Assembly (NCBI GenBank): GCA_000146465.1
Contig: CP001947.1
Reading direction: 5' to 3' (one strand)
DNA length: 64,000 nt
The notes below the pieces were generated by a model that saw nothing but the letters and a program-made list of their open reading frames with translations, ran no database searches and was not told the origin of the DNA. Made by a program: the position numbers and the translations under genes. Below are positions 10,039 through 19,867 of this stretch, piece by piece; position 1 is the stretch's first letter, and every line of letters starts with the position of its first letter.

Positions 10039-10710
10039 ATGTTAGTGAAAAATTTGATAAAAGCAGAAGAAAGATTTGATGGTAGAAAGATTAAGGAAAC
10101 AAGGAAGCTCGAAGTAGAGAAGATATCTAATTCCTGTCTGATCTCTATGGGGAAGTCTCGGCTGCTGGCTGTGTCCCAGAAAGGCATATCCAGGCCATAT
10201 GTGGACAAATCACATGAAGGAATAGTGAACTTCAGCATATCCATGGGAGGAAAAAGACATGAAAGATTGGTGAACTTCCTCCACAAGGTGTATATCAAGC
10301 AGAAAAGTATCGATCTTGAGAGCCTCTGTATCAAGTTAAATGAAGAGGTTGTACTGATTCATATAGACCTAAGGATTCTGTCCTGTGACGGAAGTATCTA
10401 TAGTCTTATAGTCCAAGGCGTGAATTCTGTGCTGGAGACCCTTGGAGTGAAAATGAACTACATGCCCCAGTGCTTTTCTTACTGCTCAATTGACAATGTG
10501 GTCATCACAGACCCTTCGGAAAATGAACAAATCGAGGAAGATTGGAATTGTGTTGTGGTGATGAAGTCGCCTAAGGAAATAGTTTTTCTTGAGAAGATAG
10601 GAAGGGAATGCAGCATAGAACAAGTGTTCGAAACCATCGATAGATCTGTCAAAGACTTCGTGGTGCCTCTCCCAGGAACAGAAGGGGAGAAATGGCTTAG
10701 AAGCACTTGA
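10039..10710 (+). CDS. exosome RNase PH-like subunit (RRP42/RRP45 type)
   Basis: 223 aa from the first ATG (track start 10036 is TTG). RFDGRKIKETRKLEVE...G.SRLLAVS...P...EGIV matches the inactive RNase PH ring-subunit pattern. Confidence 0.6.
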   Translation: MLVKNLIKAEERFDGRKIKETRKLEVEKISNSCLISMGKSRLLAVSQKGISRPYVDKSHEGIVNFSISMGGKRHERLVNFLHKVYIKQKSIDLESLCIKLNEEVVLIHIDLRILSCDGSIYSLIVQGVNSVLETLGVKMNYMPQCFSYCSIDNVVITDPSENEQIEEDWNCVVVMKSPKEIVFLEKIGRECSIEQVFETIDRSVKDFVVPLPGTEGEKWLRST

Positions 10711-10742
10711 CGAATAACTTTTTGTCTCTAGAATCCCTTTGA

Positions 10743-11336
10743 ATGGGATTTCTTTTCCAGGGAGCAGAGTCGATCATTTCAGATGACGGAGAGACTATTT
10801 CAAAGAAGCGTGTAAGCAAGTCTTATAGAATAAAGACTCTGGATCAGAAGATAACAAGGAGTAGGACAAGACGGGAGGCTAAAATTCTGAAGAAACTTGA
10901 GGAACTCGGGATGCCAGCACCAAGATTAATAAATGTGTGTGATGACACTATTGTGATGGAAAAGATAGATGGAGTGGTTCTTAAGAAAAGAATCGAGGAT
11001 TCCGATGACCCAAGAGCCCTCTTCTTCGAGCTAGGGACCCTTGTCTCCAAGATCCATCTTGCAAACATAGTTCATGGGGATCTAACAACATCGAACTTTA
11101 TATCGGGAGACAAAATATATGCAATTGACTTTGGACTATCCTATGTTTCCCTTAAGGACGAAGACAAGGCTGTTGATTTGTATGTTTTTGAAAGGGCAGT
11201 CGGATGTTCACACGATTCCAAATTCTTGGAGAACTTTTATGAAGGTTATATGAGGGGGGGAAATGAGGATGTGGTGAGGAGGCTGGAGTCTGTTCGTCTT
11301 CGGGGTAGAAAAAGAGAGTCCATGGCCTTTGGATGA
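10743..11336 (+). CDS. BUD32: KEOPS/EKC complex atypical protein kinase Bud32 (PRPK)
   Basis: 197-aa mini-kinase with GAES glycine loop, RTRREAKILKK, the catalytic loop HGDLTTSNF and DFGLS. Confidence 0.8.
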   Translation: MGFLFQGAESIISDDGETISKKRVSKSYRIKTLDQKITRSRTRREAKILKKLEELGMPAPRLINVCDDTIVMEKIDGVVLKKRIEDSDDPRALFFELGTLVSKIHLANIVHGDLTTSNFISGDKIYAIDFGLSYVSLKDEDKAVDLYVFERAVGCSHDSKFLENFYEGYMRGGNEDVVRRLESVRLRGRKRESMAFG

Positions 11337-11384
11337 GGAAACTATTAAAGATCTTATAGGAATTTGGACCTGGGAATGGCAAAA

Positions 11385-11455
11385 TGCATCATCCGAGAAT
11401 CGAACTCGGGCCAGCCAGATGGCAACCGGCTATTATACCACTAAACTAATGATGC
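11385..11455 (-). tRNA. tRNA-Gly (anticodon GCC)
   Basis: The 71-nt minus-strand sequence GCATCAT..ATGATGCA folds as a cloverleaf. The 7-bp acceptor stem is perfect. The anticodon stem GCCGG/CTGGC carries the loop TTGCCAT. The T arm is CCGAG-TTCGATT-CTCGG. A T4 run follows the 3' end directly, consistent with a Pol III terminator. Confidence 0.95.
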
Positions 11456-11571
11456 TTGATGCCGTGCTCTGCAACAGTCTTTTTCCCAGCCTTCCAAAAA
11501 GATGGTTCAAACAAAAACACCAAAATAACATCATACAACAATAGAACACTCTGTTTAATTCACATACCCAA

Positions 11572-12276
11572 CTATCCAACACTTATTCCATGCTTCTTCA
11601 TTATATCTCCAAACTCCTTCTTAAAGTGTTCAACAGCTTCCATGTCACCGTCTAGAACCCCGTCGATGATCCTGCTGACTAGAAACACAACTCTGTGTCT
11701 TTCGCATTCTTTGACAGAACTCCCTCTCATCGTCTTACCTCTATTCAGAATCTCGCACACATCGGAAACAAGATCTACCATGTCCGACACATGCTTTTTG
11801 CTTTCTTCTGCAAGTTCTTTCAATTCAGAGTAAACTTTCTCATTTCTCTCCGGCTCCACCAGGCCCATTCTCCTTTGAAGGAAAAGAATGGTCTTTTTTA
11901 TTTCCTCGTTCTCCCTTCGAAGCCCAACTATCTCCTCTCTCTCTGTATTTTTAAGTCCCTCTATCGTTTCCTCCAGCCTTCTTATCTTTGATTCGTAGAC
12001 GTGAGCCTGGTGTTCCAAAGTCCTTGGCTCGCCTATGTCTCTGGGCTCGCACACAAGACCCTCTCTGATCTTCTCATATCTTATGAATATTCCATGCCTG
12101 TCCTTGCAGTGAAAATATCTTACTCCATTGACACTTCCATTGTTGGCCCCTACAGGGTCATCCAGCTCCAATCCTATCCACTTCCCGTCCTTCGACTTTA
12201 TTCTCCCAATATACCTCACTGTCCCTTTGAACTTATCTCCAAGCGTCAGTCTGTCGTTGACCGTCAGCAAAGACAT
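11572..12276 (-). CDS. CAP-Gly domain protein with coiled coil (dynactin p150/NIP100- or CLIP/BIK1-like)
   Basis: N-terminal CAP-Gly signature GTVRYIGRIKSKDGKWIGLELDDPVGANNGSVNGVRYFHC followed by heptad-rich sequence. Start set to the ATG at 12276 (track start 12306 is TTG). Confidence 0.75.
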   Translation of the reverse strand: MSLLTVNDRLTLGDKFKGTVRYIGRIKSKDGKWIGLELDDPVGANNGSVNGVRYFHCKDRHGIFIRYEKIREGLVCEPRDIGEPRTLEHQAHVYESKIRRLEETIEGLKNTEREEIVGLRRENEEIKKTILFLQRRMGLVEPERNEKVYSELKELAEESKKHVSDMVDLVSDVCEILNRGKTMRGSSVKECERHRVVFLVSRIIDGVLDGDMEAVEHFKKEFGDIMKKHGISVG

Positions 12277-12323
12277 ACGACTTCTGCACCCCTTAACTTG
12301 GCCCAAAAAAATAGTCCCTACGA

Positions 12324-12587
12324 ATGGATCAGGACCTTATCACTCTTGATATTCCAGAACTAAATGAAATTCCAAGCATAGGTCTTGACGATCTGGATTC
12401 CCAGTACTCTGTAGAAAACGAGTCCATTGATTCCGGAAGCGGGGAGGTTGACAGCACAAACATCGCCAAAATACATGAGTATCTAGACAAAGACTTGAAA
12501 GATCAGGATCTTCTAATAGAAAAGCTAAAGACATTTGAAGAAAAGCTAGACAGCTACATAAATGCACATGGAATTTATAGAACTTGA
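12324..12587 (+). CDS. small acidic hypothetical protein (87 aa)
   Basis: ATG ORF that fills the space between two well-supported genes. D/E/S-rich. No family recognised. Confidence 0.35.
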   Translation: MDQDLITLDIPELNEIPSIGLDDLDSQYSVENESIDSGSGEVDSTNIAKIHEYLDKDLKDQDLLIEKLKTFEEKLDSYINAHGIYRT

Positions 12588-12632
12588 AGTACTGAATTAT
12601 TCTTTGGGTTTTAATAGATAGGACAATAAAAG

Positions 12633-14960
12633 TCATCTTTTTTTCTTGTATCTCTTCTTCATCATGTCTTTATGGTTGTCATGTATGGTTTTTTTGATTC
12701 TCTGTTCTCTTTCTTTTTCTTTCTTCCTCAAGCTCTCTTCTTTCATCCGTCGAGCATTCTCTTCTTTCTCTGCTTCCTCTTTATCCTTTTTCATCCTCTC
12801 CCTCATAATGCTGTTTCTAATTTCATGTTTCTCTTTGTAGTCAGGAGGAATCGGCAGTTCAATCTTTTGGCTTACAACAGGAATGCTCCTTCTATCAAAT
12901 GGAAGCTGGCTTTCGATCTTTTGAGGAAGGCTGTAGTCCTCCTCGGGAACAACACACTCTTCGTCTCCCGAAGAAGACTCTTCAGGGCCGTAGTTGTGTA
13001 TGAGCCCTAAGGACTCTCTTATCTCGTGTAATCTACGAAGTCCTCTCCAGCTGGTCTCCAAGTTGTTGACCGGAATGAAAATTTTGTGCACCTCGGCAGG
13101 AACAAAGCATCTCAATGTTATTATGTCACTCATCAGCATCCTTCCTTCAAATGTAGCTCGGTACTCCCCGTTCTTACCCCGGGGCTCCTTTATTTGCCCT
13201 CTAAGCCCACTCACAGCCTTAAGTGATGCTCCCTGAAACTTCAGCACTTCAAGATCAGAAGTAAACATGTCCTGAACAAACACTGTATTCTGCACAATCT
13301 GTTTAGGATACCCAACTAGCTTCAACTTCTTGACCAGCTTTGCGTCTCCGTTGACATCCGTCACTGTCCCAAGTGCCAGCACCCTGAAGTCTCCCTTCTC
13401 ACTGTATACAGAAAATCCAGTTCCTGCTGGAACAACAGGCCCATAGAAGGAAACATTGCAATGCATCGACTCGGGAGTATACTTTATCACCCTGTTCCTA
13501 GTTGCATCCTTCATACTAAAAACAGGAACACACTGGAATCTTTTCCATCCAACAGAGAAAATTGCCGGTTCGTTTGTCTTCAGAATCTTCTTGTACCACT
13601 TGTATCTTTTTATTTTTCCTTGGATTATGTTCGTTTCCTTTTCTGCAACAAGAAAACTTCCAAGGACAATAACATTGCTAAAATCAATCAATTGCGAAAT
13701 ATGGGTCGACAATCTAATTTTGACATACTTTCCAGGAACAACCACCCCAGGAACCATCATCTCCGAGTTTCTCTTCATTTCTTCTTCAAGCCTTCTTTTT
13801 TCTCGGAGGAGAATGTTTCCTTTTTCTTTCTCCTTCTCTTCGTATCCCTTATTAAATTTTTCGACAAGCTCCTCTTCGGTGACTGCTTCTTTTTCAAATC
13901 TATTTGAAGTCATTTCCTTCAGCTCCGACAAGCTGAAGTTCGACTCATCTTCTTCAATGCACTTTTTTTCCAAGTCCTCTTCTTCGTCCTTACTTGAAAT
14001 GGAGTCCTCCTCATCCACATCCACTTCCTTTCCAACGCTTTTGCCTCCCTTGAAAATCTTAATCTCCATATCCGAATCAATTTCAATCTTTACTTTGTTT
14101 TCCTTCTCGTCGTCTTCTCTCTTGCTTTCCACTACCTCGGACATTGGAGAATACAGAATCTTGGACCTTAAAGAAAGTTTGTTTTCTCCCTGGCTCGGAA
14201 CAGGATCTGCTAGAACTTCCATCTCGGCTACTCGATTGTCCCCAAGGCCGGGAATATGAATATCCATGTCCTTCTTCATAAGGCCTCCTCTTACATATCC
14301 ATAGACAAACATCCCGTCCACCCTGTCGGCAATAACATGGGGATGCATGCACTTCCACTCTATGGGCCTGTACTTCATCACTCCAACAGTTCTACAAAGC
14401 TTTAGCAGATCAGCATCTGTATATCTTCCTCCTTCGACATTCCCCACATAGAAGAACTTGATTCCAGGACATATCTCCTCCCATATTCTTTTTTTGATAG
14501 ACTTCAAGTACTTCGGGTTTCTGCAGTTATCGGTATTCGTCACAACACATAAAATCTTCGAAAGCCCATGAGACATCAGAAGAGTGAGAAACTCAAAAGT
14601 CTCCATTTCCAATCCTGCCATACTGTTGATGGTAAAAATTACCAAGTCCGATATCTTGGATACATCAACAAACTGGTGGATATCCACTCTCGACTCAAAC
14701 AATGTGATTCTCTTTGTTTTGGATGAAGACAGTGTCACAGGACCCCTCGGCCTGTCCAAAAGTTGATGGGTAAAGTATTTCACCATCGACCTCATTAGAG
14801 TGCTCTTCCCACTTCCTGAGGGCCCTACTATTGATACAAATGCAGGAGGCAAGTCTTTGTAGAACATGTTCTCAATTGGGACCTTTGCTATTTTCTCTTC
14901 GTGTCTTAGTTGCCCGTTGGCCACTCTTCTTGTTTTTTTGCCGTCCGTCTTTTCATTCAT
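12633..14960 (-). CDS. BMS1: ribosome biogenesis GTPase BMS1
   Basis: 775 aa. N-terminal P-loop VGPSGSGKSTL, an acidic middle region, an AARP2CN/DUF663-like C-terminal half and a lysine-rich tail. Confidence 0.85.
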   Translation of the reverse strand: MNEKTDGKKTRRVANGQLRHEEKIAKVPIENMFYKDLPPAFVSIVGPSGSGKSTLMRSMVKYFTHQLLDRPRGPVTLSSSKTKRITLFESRVDIHQFVDVSKISDLVIFTINSMAGLEMETFEFLTLLMSHGLSKILCVVTNTDNCRNPKYLKSIKKRIWEEICPGIKFFYVGNVEGGRYTDADLLKLCRTVGVMKYRPIEWKCMHPHVIADRVDGMFVYGYVRGGLMKKDMDIHIPGLGDNRVAEMEVLADPVPSQGENKLSLRSKILYSPMSEVVESKREDDEKENKVKIEIDSDMEIKIFKGGKSVGKEVDVDEEDSISSKDEEEDLEKKCIEEDESNFSLSELKEMTSNRFEKEAVTEEELVEKFNKGYEEKEKEKGNILLREKRRLEEEMKRNSEMMVPGVVVPGKYVKIRLSTHISQLIDFSNVIVLGSFLVAEKETNIIQGKIKRYKWYKKILKTNEPAIFSVGWKRFQCVPVFSMKDATRNRVIKYTPESMHCNVSFYGPVVPAGTGFSVYSEKGDFRVLALGTVTDVNGDAKLVKKLKLVGYPKQIVQNTVFVQDMFTSDLEVLKFQGASLKAVSGLRGQIKEPRGKNGEYRATFEGRMLMSDIITLRCFVPAEVHKIFIPVNNLETSWRGLRRLHEIRESLGLIHNYGPEESSSGDEECVVPEEDYSLPQKIESQLPFDRRSIPVVSQKIELPIPPDYKEKHEIRNSIMRERMKKDKEEAEKEENARRMKEESLRKKEKEREQRIKKTIHDNHKDMMKKRYKKKR

Positions 14961-15002
14961 AAGCTAGGGTAAGATTAATAAGAAATAACATATTTACCCT
15001 TC

Positions 15003-15437
15003 ATGACCATTGGAGAGATAAAAGTCCATAAGATACATCCCAAGGCCAAGATTCCGAAGAGGCACTCGGACGGAGCTGCCGGTTATGACATATACTCTGT
15101 GGAATCAGGAAGTGTTCTACCAAACGAAAGGAAATCTATACGTACTGGGCTAATATGGGATATCCCCCAGTCGATTGTAGGATTGGTCTTTGGAAGATCT
15201 GGATTTGCTCTAAAAAATTGGATCGAGGTGGCAGAATCATGTATATATCCAGGAGAGAGCAAAGAGCTGGTAATAACTCTTATTAACAATGGAAAAGATG
15301 TATTCCAGTATGAGGAGTCCTGCCGTATAGCCCAACTTGTATTTGTTCCTGTGCTGAGTTGCGAAATAGATCTTGTAGACTCCTTGGATTCAACGGAAAG
15401 AGGCAGTCTAGGATTTGGATCAACCGGAATGAAATAA
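15003..15437 (+). CDS. DUT1: dUTP pyrophosphatase (dUTPase)
   Basis: 144 aa with the dUTPase motifs AAGYDIYS, GRSGFALKN, IAQLV and the C-terminal ERGSLGFGSTG. Confidence 0.9.
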   Translation: MTIGEIKVHKIHPKAKIPKRHSDGAAGYDIYSVESGSVLPNERKSIRTGLIWDIPQSIVGLVFGRSGFALKNWIEVAESCIYPGESKELVITLINNGKDVFQYEESCRIAQLVFVPVLSCEIDLVDSLDSTERGSLGFGSTGMK

Positions 15438-15438
15438 A
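15433..15438 (+). terminator. candidate polyadenylation signal overlapping the dUTPase stop codon
   Basis: In gaAATAAAat the TAA stop (15435-15437) sits inside the AATAAA. The convergent neighbour ends 10 nt away. Confidence 0.4.
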
Positions 15439-15447
15439 ATTTTGGGT

Positions 15448-15855
15448 TTAATGATCAATTTTGTTGTAGATCAGACTTTGTTTCCAGTGCTTCATGTCTC
15501 TTTTTTTCTCTTTTCTCTTAACCTTTTCTGCAAGTTTTTTCCATTGCAGTTCTGTCTTTACAGGAATCCCAAACATTCTCCGGGTGTAGACCTCAATGGT
15601 GTTTTCCTCCCCTTCCGGCTTATGTTCTCTCATCTTTAAGAGTCTCCATATCAGTCTGTCGAGCTTCATCACAATCCTTTCCAGGTCCATAAACGCCACT
15701 TCAACCGGTAGGTCAAGTTCGCCCCTGGCTGCAAACTCTTGGCTTGCAATTTCGTTAGAACCAATAGATATACACCAAACCCAAAGAGCCGAGAAACTCT
15801 TCAGATTCATTATACACAGATGGAATGTTCCTATTTGTTTAGCAAATAACACCAT
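15448..15855 (-). CDS. hypothetical protein (135 aa, basic C-terminus)
   Basis: ATG ORF that exactly fills the slot between dUTPase and tRNase Z. No family recognised. Confidence 0.4.
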   Translation of the reverse strand: MVLFAKQIGTFHLCIMNLKSFSALWVWCISIGSNEIASQEFAARGELDLPVEVAFMDLERIVMKLDRLIWRLLKMREHKPEGEENTIEVYTRRMFGIPVKTELQWKKLAEKVKRKEKKRDMKHWKQSLIYNKIDH

Positions 15856-15929
15856 TTCGAAACATTACAGCACCTTCATCTAGAATAAGACTGGAGCTAA
15901 ATAAAAAGACATCTCCCAGGGCTAGAGGG

Positions 15930-17720
15930 ATGATAGAGTTCAAGTATCTGGGAACAAGGAGCGGTAAGTCGTTGATGCTATCAATAGACAATAAAAGATA
16001 TCTGTTTAATCTTTTTGAAGGGTTTCAGAGGTACTGCATCGAATCAAATGTCAGCATCAGCAAGATCTCTGTAATCTTTGTATCTGAGGAGACATCGGTT
16101 CCTCCGCTTGTGGGAACATATCTTACTCTAAGAGACATAAAAAAAGAAAGCCTTGACATTGTGTGTAGTTTGAGGCTAGAGAAGATGCTGGCCTTGGCAA
16201 GTGCCTTTGCAGATCCTATGGATCTAAGAATTAATTACATGAGGAATTATTCAGACGGGTTTATCAGCGTGGAAACAATCGAAAACACTCTTTCTGGAGA
16301 TTCTCGAGAAAGGAAGGAATCTTCCTTTATTCTGAACATTAGGCCTATTCGGGGAAGATTTCTTGTTGAAAAGGTTCCAAAAGACGTTCCAAAGCATTTA
16401 TACTCTAGACTCACGAGGAGAGAGAAGGTGGAACATAACGGAAGAGTGTATAATGGGGAGGAATACATGGAAGACGATATAGATGTCGGAGTTATTGCTG
16501 TTGTTTTTTCCTCGGGAAATTATGGGGAACTTTTGGAAAGGATGAGAAGAAGGGCCCCGAGGTACTTCTTTTGTTTTCAAAGAGATGTTGCTCAATTTCT
16601 CTCTTCTACCCTTGAAGGCCGTTTCTTCCTCTTGGAAGATAATCACTTTGTTGAGTATGGATCACTTTATGACATCCAGATTGGCTTAGGCTCAATACAT
16701 GGGGACTTTCTGTCGCCGCTTCCCTTTGAAAAGACAGCCTCCCCCTCTCCTTGGGATATGGAGAGTGTTCAGAGCGGAGACTTTCTCACATACGATAAGA
16801 ATTTAAGGTCTTTTTCCCATTTCCCTTCAAAGCAGAAAGAATACATCCCATGCACACGGAAACACGAAGAAAGGTCTATATTGTTTCTTGGAACCGGGTG
16901 TGCTATTCCATCTAAGTACAGAAATGTATCTGGAATACTCTACGAGTCCACCGACAGGGCTATTATGCTCGACTGTGGAGAAGATACTTTATTTCAAATA
17001 CATAGGGCCTATGGAGGATTTGACGTCCTAAAGAAGCTCAAGGCAATCTTCATATCACATTCTCATGCAGACCATATGCTGGGGATTATATCTGTGTTGA
17101 AGAAAGTAGGCCACAGGGTGAAGGTCTTTGCTCCAGTAGTCATAAGGCCGTTTGTTGAATGCTTTGGTGCTGGAGACTATGAATACATAGAAACAAACCA
17201 TGCAAAGATAGCAGAAAGAGAGTTTCGGGGAGACTTGGGATCAATGGGGGAATTTTCTCTAGGAAACATCAATGCAGAAGATTATTTTTTGAAGTTTGAC
17301 GTGGGATTTAGAATATCTATTTGTGGGGTTGACCACTGTTCAGACTCGTGTGGAATTAGAATTCAGGATGACACCACAGTTATAACATACTCTGGAGACT
17401 CAAGGCCCTCTATACTGTTTGGAATAATGTCCTCTGATTCTGATGTTATGATCCATGAAGCCACATTTGTCTTTGACCAGCAAGAAAGAGCCATGCATAC
17501 AGGCCATTCAACAGTAGACGGAGCTGTTGAAGTCTTTAGATCATCCAGATCAAAAGTCCTACTTCTCACACACTTTAGCCAAAGGTATTCAAAGGGCGTT
17601 ATAACTGACGGCCAGTGGATTCCTTGTGTGGATCTATTTAGATATGCGGTTGGATCAAGTGTCTATCCTAAGGACAAAATCAATGGTTATTATAGTAAGC
17701 TTGAATCTTCTAATAAGTAA
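15930..17720 (+). CDS. TRZ1: tRNA 3' endonuclease, long-form tRNase Z (ELAC2/TRZ1)
   Basis: 596 aa. The C-terminal metallo-beta-lactamase half has the histidine motif FISHSHADHMLG plus downstream HEATF and LTHFSQRY. The N-terminal half is a degenerate duplicate. Confidence 0.85.
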   Translation: MIEFKYLGTRSGKSLMLSIDNKRYLFNLFEGFQRYCIESNVSISKISVIFVSEETSVPPLVGTYLTLRDIKKESLDIVCSLRLEKMLALASAFADPMDLRINYMRNYSDGFISVETIENTLSGDSRERKESSFILNIRPIRGRFLVEKVPKDVPKHLYSRLTRREKVEHNGRVYNGEEYMEDDIDVGVIAVVFSSGNYGELLERMRRRAPRYFFCFQRDVAQFLSSTLEGRFFLLEDNHFVEYGSLYDIQIGLGSIHGDFLSPLPFEKTASPSPWDMESVQSGDFLTYDKNLRSFSHFPSKQKEYIPCTRKHEERSILFLGTGCAIPSKYRNVSGILYESTDRAIMLDCGEDTLFQIHRAYGGFDVLKKLKAIFISHSHADHMLGIISVLKKVGHRVKVFAPVVIRPFVECFGAGDYEYIETNHAKIAEREFRGDLGSMGEFSLGNINAEDYFLKFDVGFRISICGVDHCSDSCGIRIQDDTTVITYSGDSRPSILFGIMSSDSDVMIHEATFVFDQQERAMHTGHSTVDGAVEVFRSSRSKVLLLTHFSQRYSKGVITDGQWIPCVDLFRYAVGSSVYPKDKINGYYSKLESSNK

Positions 17721-17730
17721 ATGATATAAT

Positions 17731-19236
17731 TTATTTCAGTGACAGAACCCTTTGCTTCTTGGAGATGAGATAGCTTTTCCATCTCGAGAGGAGCTCGCTT
17801 GTATCTTCAGTGCACTCCTCCTCACTTGTATCGTTTTCAATTGATTCAGAAAACTCCTCCACAGCCTTTGCTTTATCTTCGGATGAAAGATGAGAAAAGG
17901 GCCTCCACATGAATAGAGTAAGTCTGTTGAACACCTTTTTCCAAAGGAGTTTTCCGTTTCTGTTGAACATTTGGACCAGTCCACTGGAGCAGTCTCCAGC
18001 TGAAACTGAGGCTGCATAAAGCCCACTATACGACCACGAGATACCTGTGCATGATGGATGAGAATAGGCACTTCTCAGCTCTCCATTGTCGTAGAACTCT
18101 ATGTTTCCTGTGTCAGCATCGTGGACACAGCATATATCATCGTAAAGTGCAATAAGTAAATCATCTTCTTTTCTAATCTGTTTGGCCATACCGAACCCAA
18201 ATCTGTTTCTGATGTAGAACGAAAGAGTTTGTTTTGTGTCAACAACAACAAACATCTTATCCGACACCTCTATTTGTTCTACACATCCCTCAAGCTGTGT
18301 AAGAGTTATCCCGTCGGTTCCGTAAGACTCGACGAATTGTACCTTTTTCTTCTGTATATTCTTTGTCATCAGCACAAAGCACCTCTTTCCAGAAAAGTAA
18401 AATTTGATGTCTTCGATGTTTGCATGTGTTTTTGAAAGCTTGTATTCTCCCACTTCATATCGGATTTTCTGTACCCTATCATCGCTAAACTCTACTTTCT
18501 GGCCATTGTGATGCCTAATACATTTCAGGAAGGAAAGCTTTGGATCCGGCTCTACTTCTTTGCCTTGGAGAAGTGAAAAGACTTTTCCTAGTCCTAGGAA
18601 GTACACATGATCTTCATCAAGTACTGTGTCTCCTGTAACACCTTGCTGTTTGGTGAGACATTCATTCTTGAATATATCCCATACACTTGTTTCTTTCTTT
18701 GTGGAAACCACAGCAAACCTATTATCAGGGCTAAACGACATGTTTACCACCTCATCCCCAAGCTCGATTCTACTGAACATCTCGAGATATCTTCCTGTTC
18801 GGAACTCAATCATTCTGCCTCCAACAAAACATACAAACACCCCATCATCACTGGACAGACACCTAATGGCCTTTTCAAACGTACCTATCTCCTCAAACTC
18901 CTTATTCTTTTGCTCTAGCAAGGAGAGGACTCCGTTGTTGATGACCACAAATTGTTCACGTTCAGAAAACTGGAAGTCAACAAACTCCCTTGGCTCCAGT
19001 CTTTTCAATGGAGTATATTCTCTCTCCTTCGCGCTCATTATACTGTAAAACTCCTTCAAGGAATAAGCTTGAATATCTGGAAAGCCCTCTAGCTTTCTGA
19101 GAAGAAGGCTGGTTTGCTGAGCAGTTTTCAGTTGCACAATGCATATATTTCCCTTGGAAAAGGAATTATCCGAAGAAACTTCGGGAAGACTGATTTTGGC
19201 TGGGTCAAGCCCAATGATCAAGACTTGGTTGTTCAT
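17731..19236 (-). CDS. translation initiation factor with eIF2A-type beta-propeller (eIF3b/PRT1-like or eIF2A)
   Basis: About 500 aa. The N-terminal segment is RRM-like, followed by WD-like repeats and the C-terminal motif LLWKKVFNRLTLFMWRP typical of the eIF2A/eIF3b domain. First ATG at 19236. Confidence 0.5.
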   Translation of the reverse strand: MNNQVLIIGLDPAKISLPEVSSDNSFSKGNICIVQLKTAQQTSLLLRKLEGFPDIQAYSLKEFYSIMSAKEREYTPLKRLEPREFVDFQFSEREQFVVINNGVLSLLEQKNKEFEEIGTFEKAIRCLSSDDGVFVCFVGGRMIEFRTGRYLEMFSRIELGDEVVNMSFSPDNRFAVVSTKKETSVWDIFKNECLTKQQGVTGDTVLDEDHVYFLGLGKVFSLLQGKEVEPDPKLSFLKCIRHHNGQKVEFSDDRVQKIRYEVGEYKLSKTHANIEDIKFYFSGKRCFVLMTKNIQKKKVQFVESYGTDGITLTQLEGCVEQIEVSDKMFVVVDTKQTLSFYIRNRFGFGMAKQIRKEDDLLIALYDDICCVHDADTGNIEFYDNGELRSAYSHPSCTGISWSYSGLYAASVSAGDCSSGLVQMFNRNGKLLWKKVFNRLTLFMWRPFSHLSSEDKAKAVEEFSESIENDTSEEECTEDTSELLSRWKSYLISKKQRVLSLK

Positions 19237-19307
19237 CAAAGAAGGGCTCGTGGAGAAATTTTACCTCATGCTATAGTCTGTTGCGTGTGTCGCCTTGCAG
19301 AAGGGGT

Positions 19308-19811
19308 ATGGACAACGAAAGGAAAACAGCCACTGTTACATTCAGGGGCATGAGATTTAAGGACTTGCTTCAAGTCCAGCAGTTGAACATGAGAAACTCT
19401 ACAGAGAACTTTCTGCTTGGCACGTTTCTGAGTACTTTATCGGCATCTTATGCAACTTCCTTCGTTGCAGAGCTGGACGGGAAGATTATAGGGTACTCGG
19501 AGGCTGCTGTCTTTCGAGAGAGGAAAAAAGGACATATCTACTCTATTTGCGTGGATGGGCCTTTCAGAGGATGTGGAATTGGGAGAAGGCTTATTGGGCT
19601 TTCGATAGATGCTATAAGAACAGAGATGAAGGAAAAGGAGATATGCGAAATAGATCTTTATGTTAGGACATCCAACACAGAGGCTATTGGTCTGTACAAG
19701 TCTGTTGGATTTGTGATAAGAGAGAAAGACCTTTCCTATTACGAGGGAGGGGCTCCTGCACATAGAATGAGCCTGTACTTAGGAACAGGCACAGAATCGA
19801 GGAAACCCTAA
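19308..19811 (+). CDS. GNAT-family N-alpha-acetyltransferase catalytic subunit (ARD1/NAA10-like)
   Basis: Acetyl-CoA binding core ICVDGPFRGCGIGRRLI. Overall collinear with Ard1 (ENF...YF..., HVR.SN..A..LY). Start at the ATG at 19308 (track start is TTG). Confidence 0.7.
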   Translation: MDNERKTATVTFRGMRFKDLLQVQQLNMRNSTENFLLGTFLSTLSASYATSFVAELDGKIIGYSEAAVFRERKKGHIYSICVDGPFRGCGIGRRLIGLSIDAIRTEMKEKEICEIDLYVRTSNTEAIGLYKSVGFVIREKDLSYYEGGAPAHRMSLYLGTGTESRKP

Positions 19812-19867
19812 GAAGGTATAAGGTGGCCTATTCGCCTTGAAACCTCTAAATTTTACCTTGGACTGGA

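Noticed and set aside
13456-14259. 267-aa plus-strand ORF (with the overlapping 148-aa ORF 13461..13907) antisense to BMS1
   Set aside because: It is an S/F/L-rich low-complexity translation that mirrors the E/K/D-rich acidic region of BMS1 on the other strand. It has no independent start context or motif. BMS1 is strongly supported.
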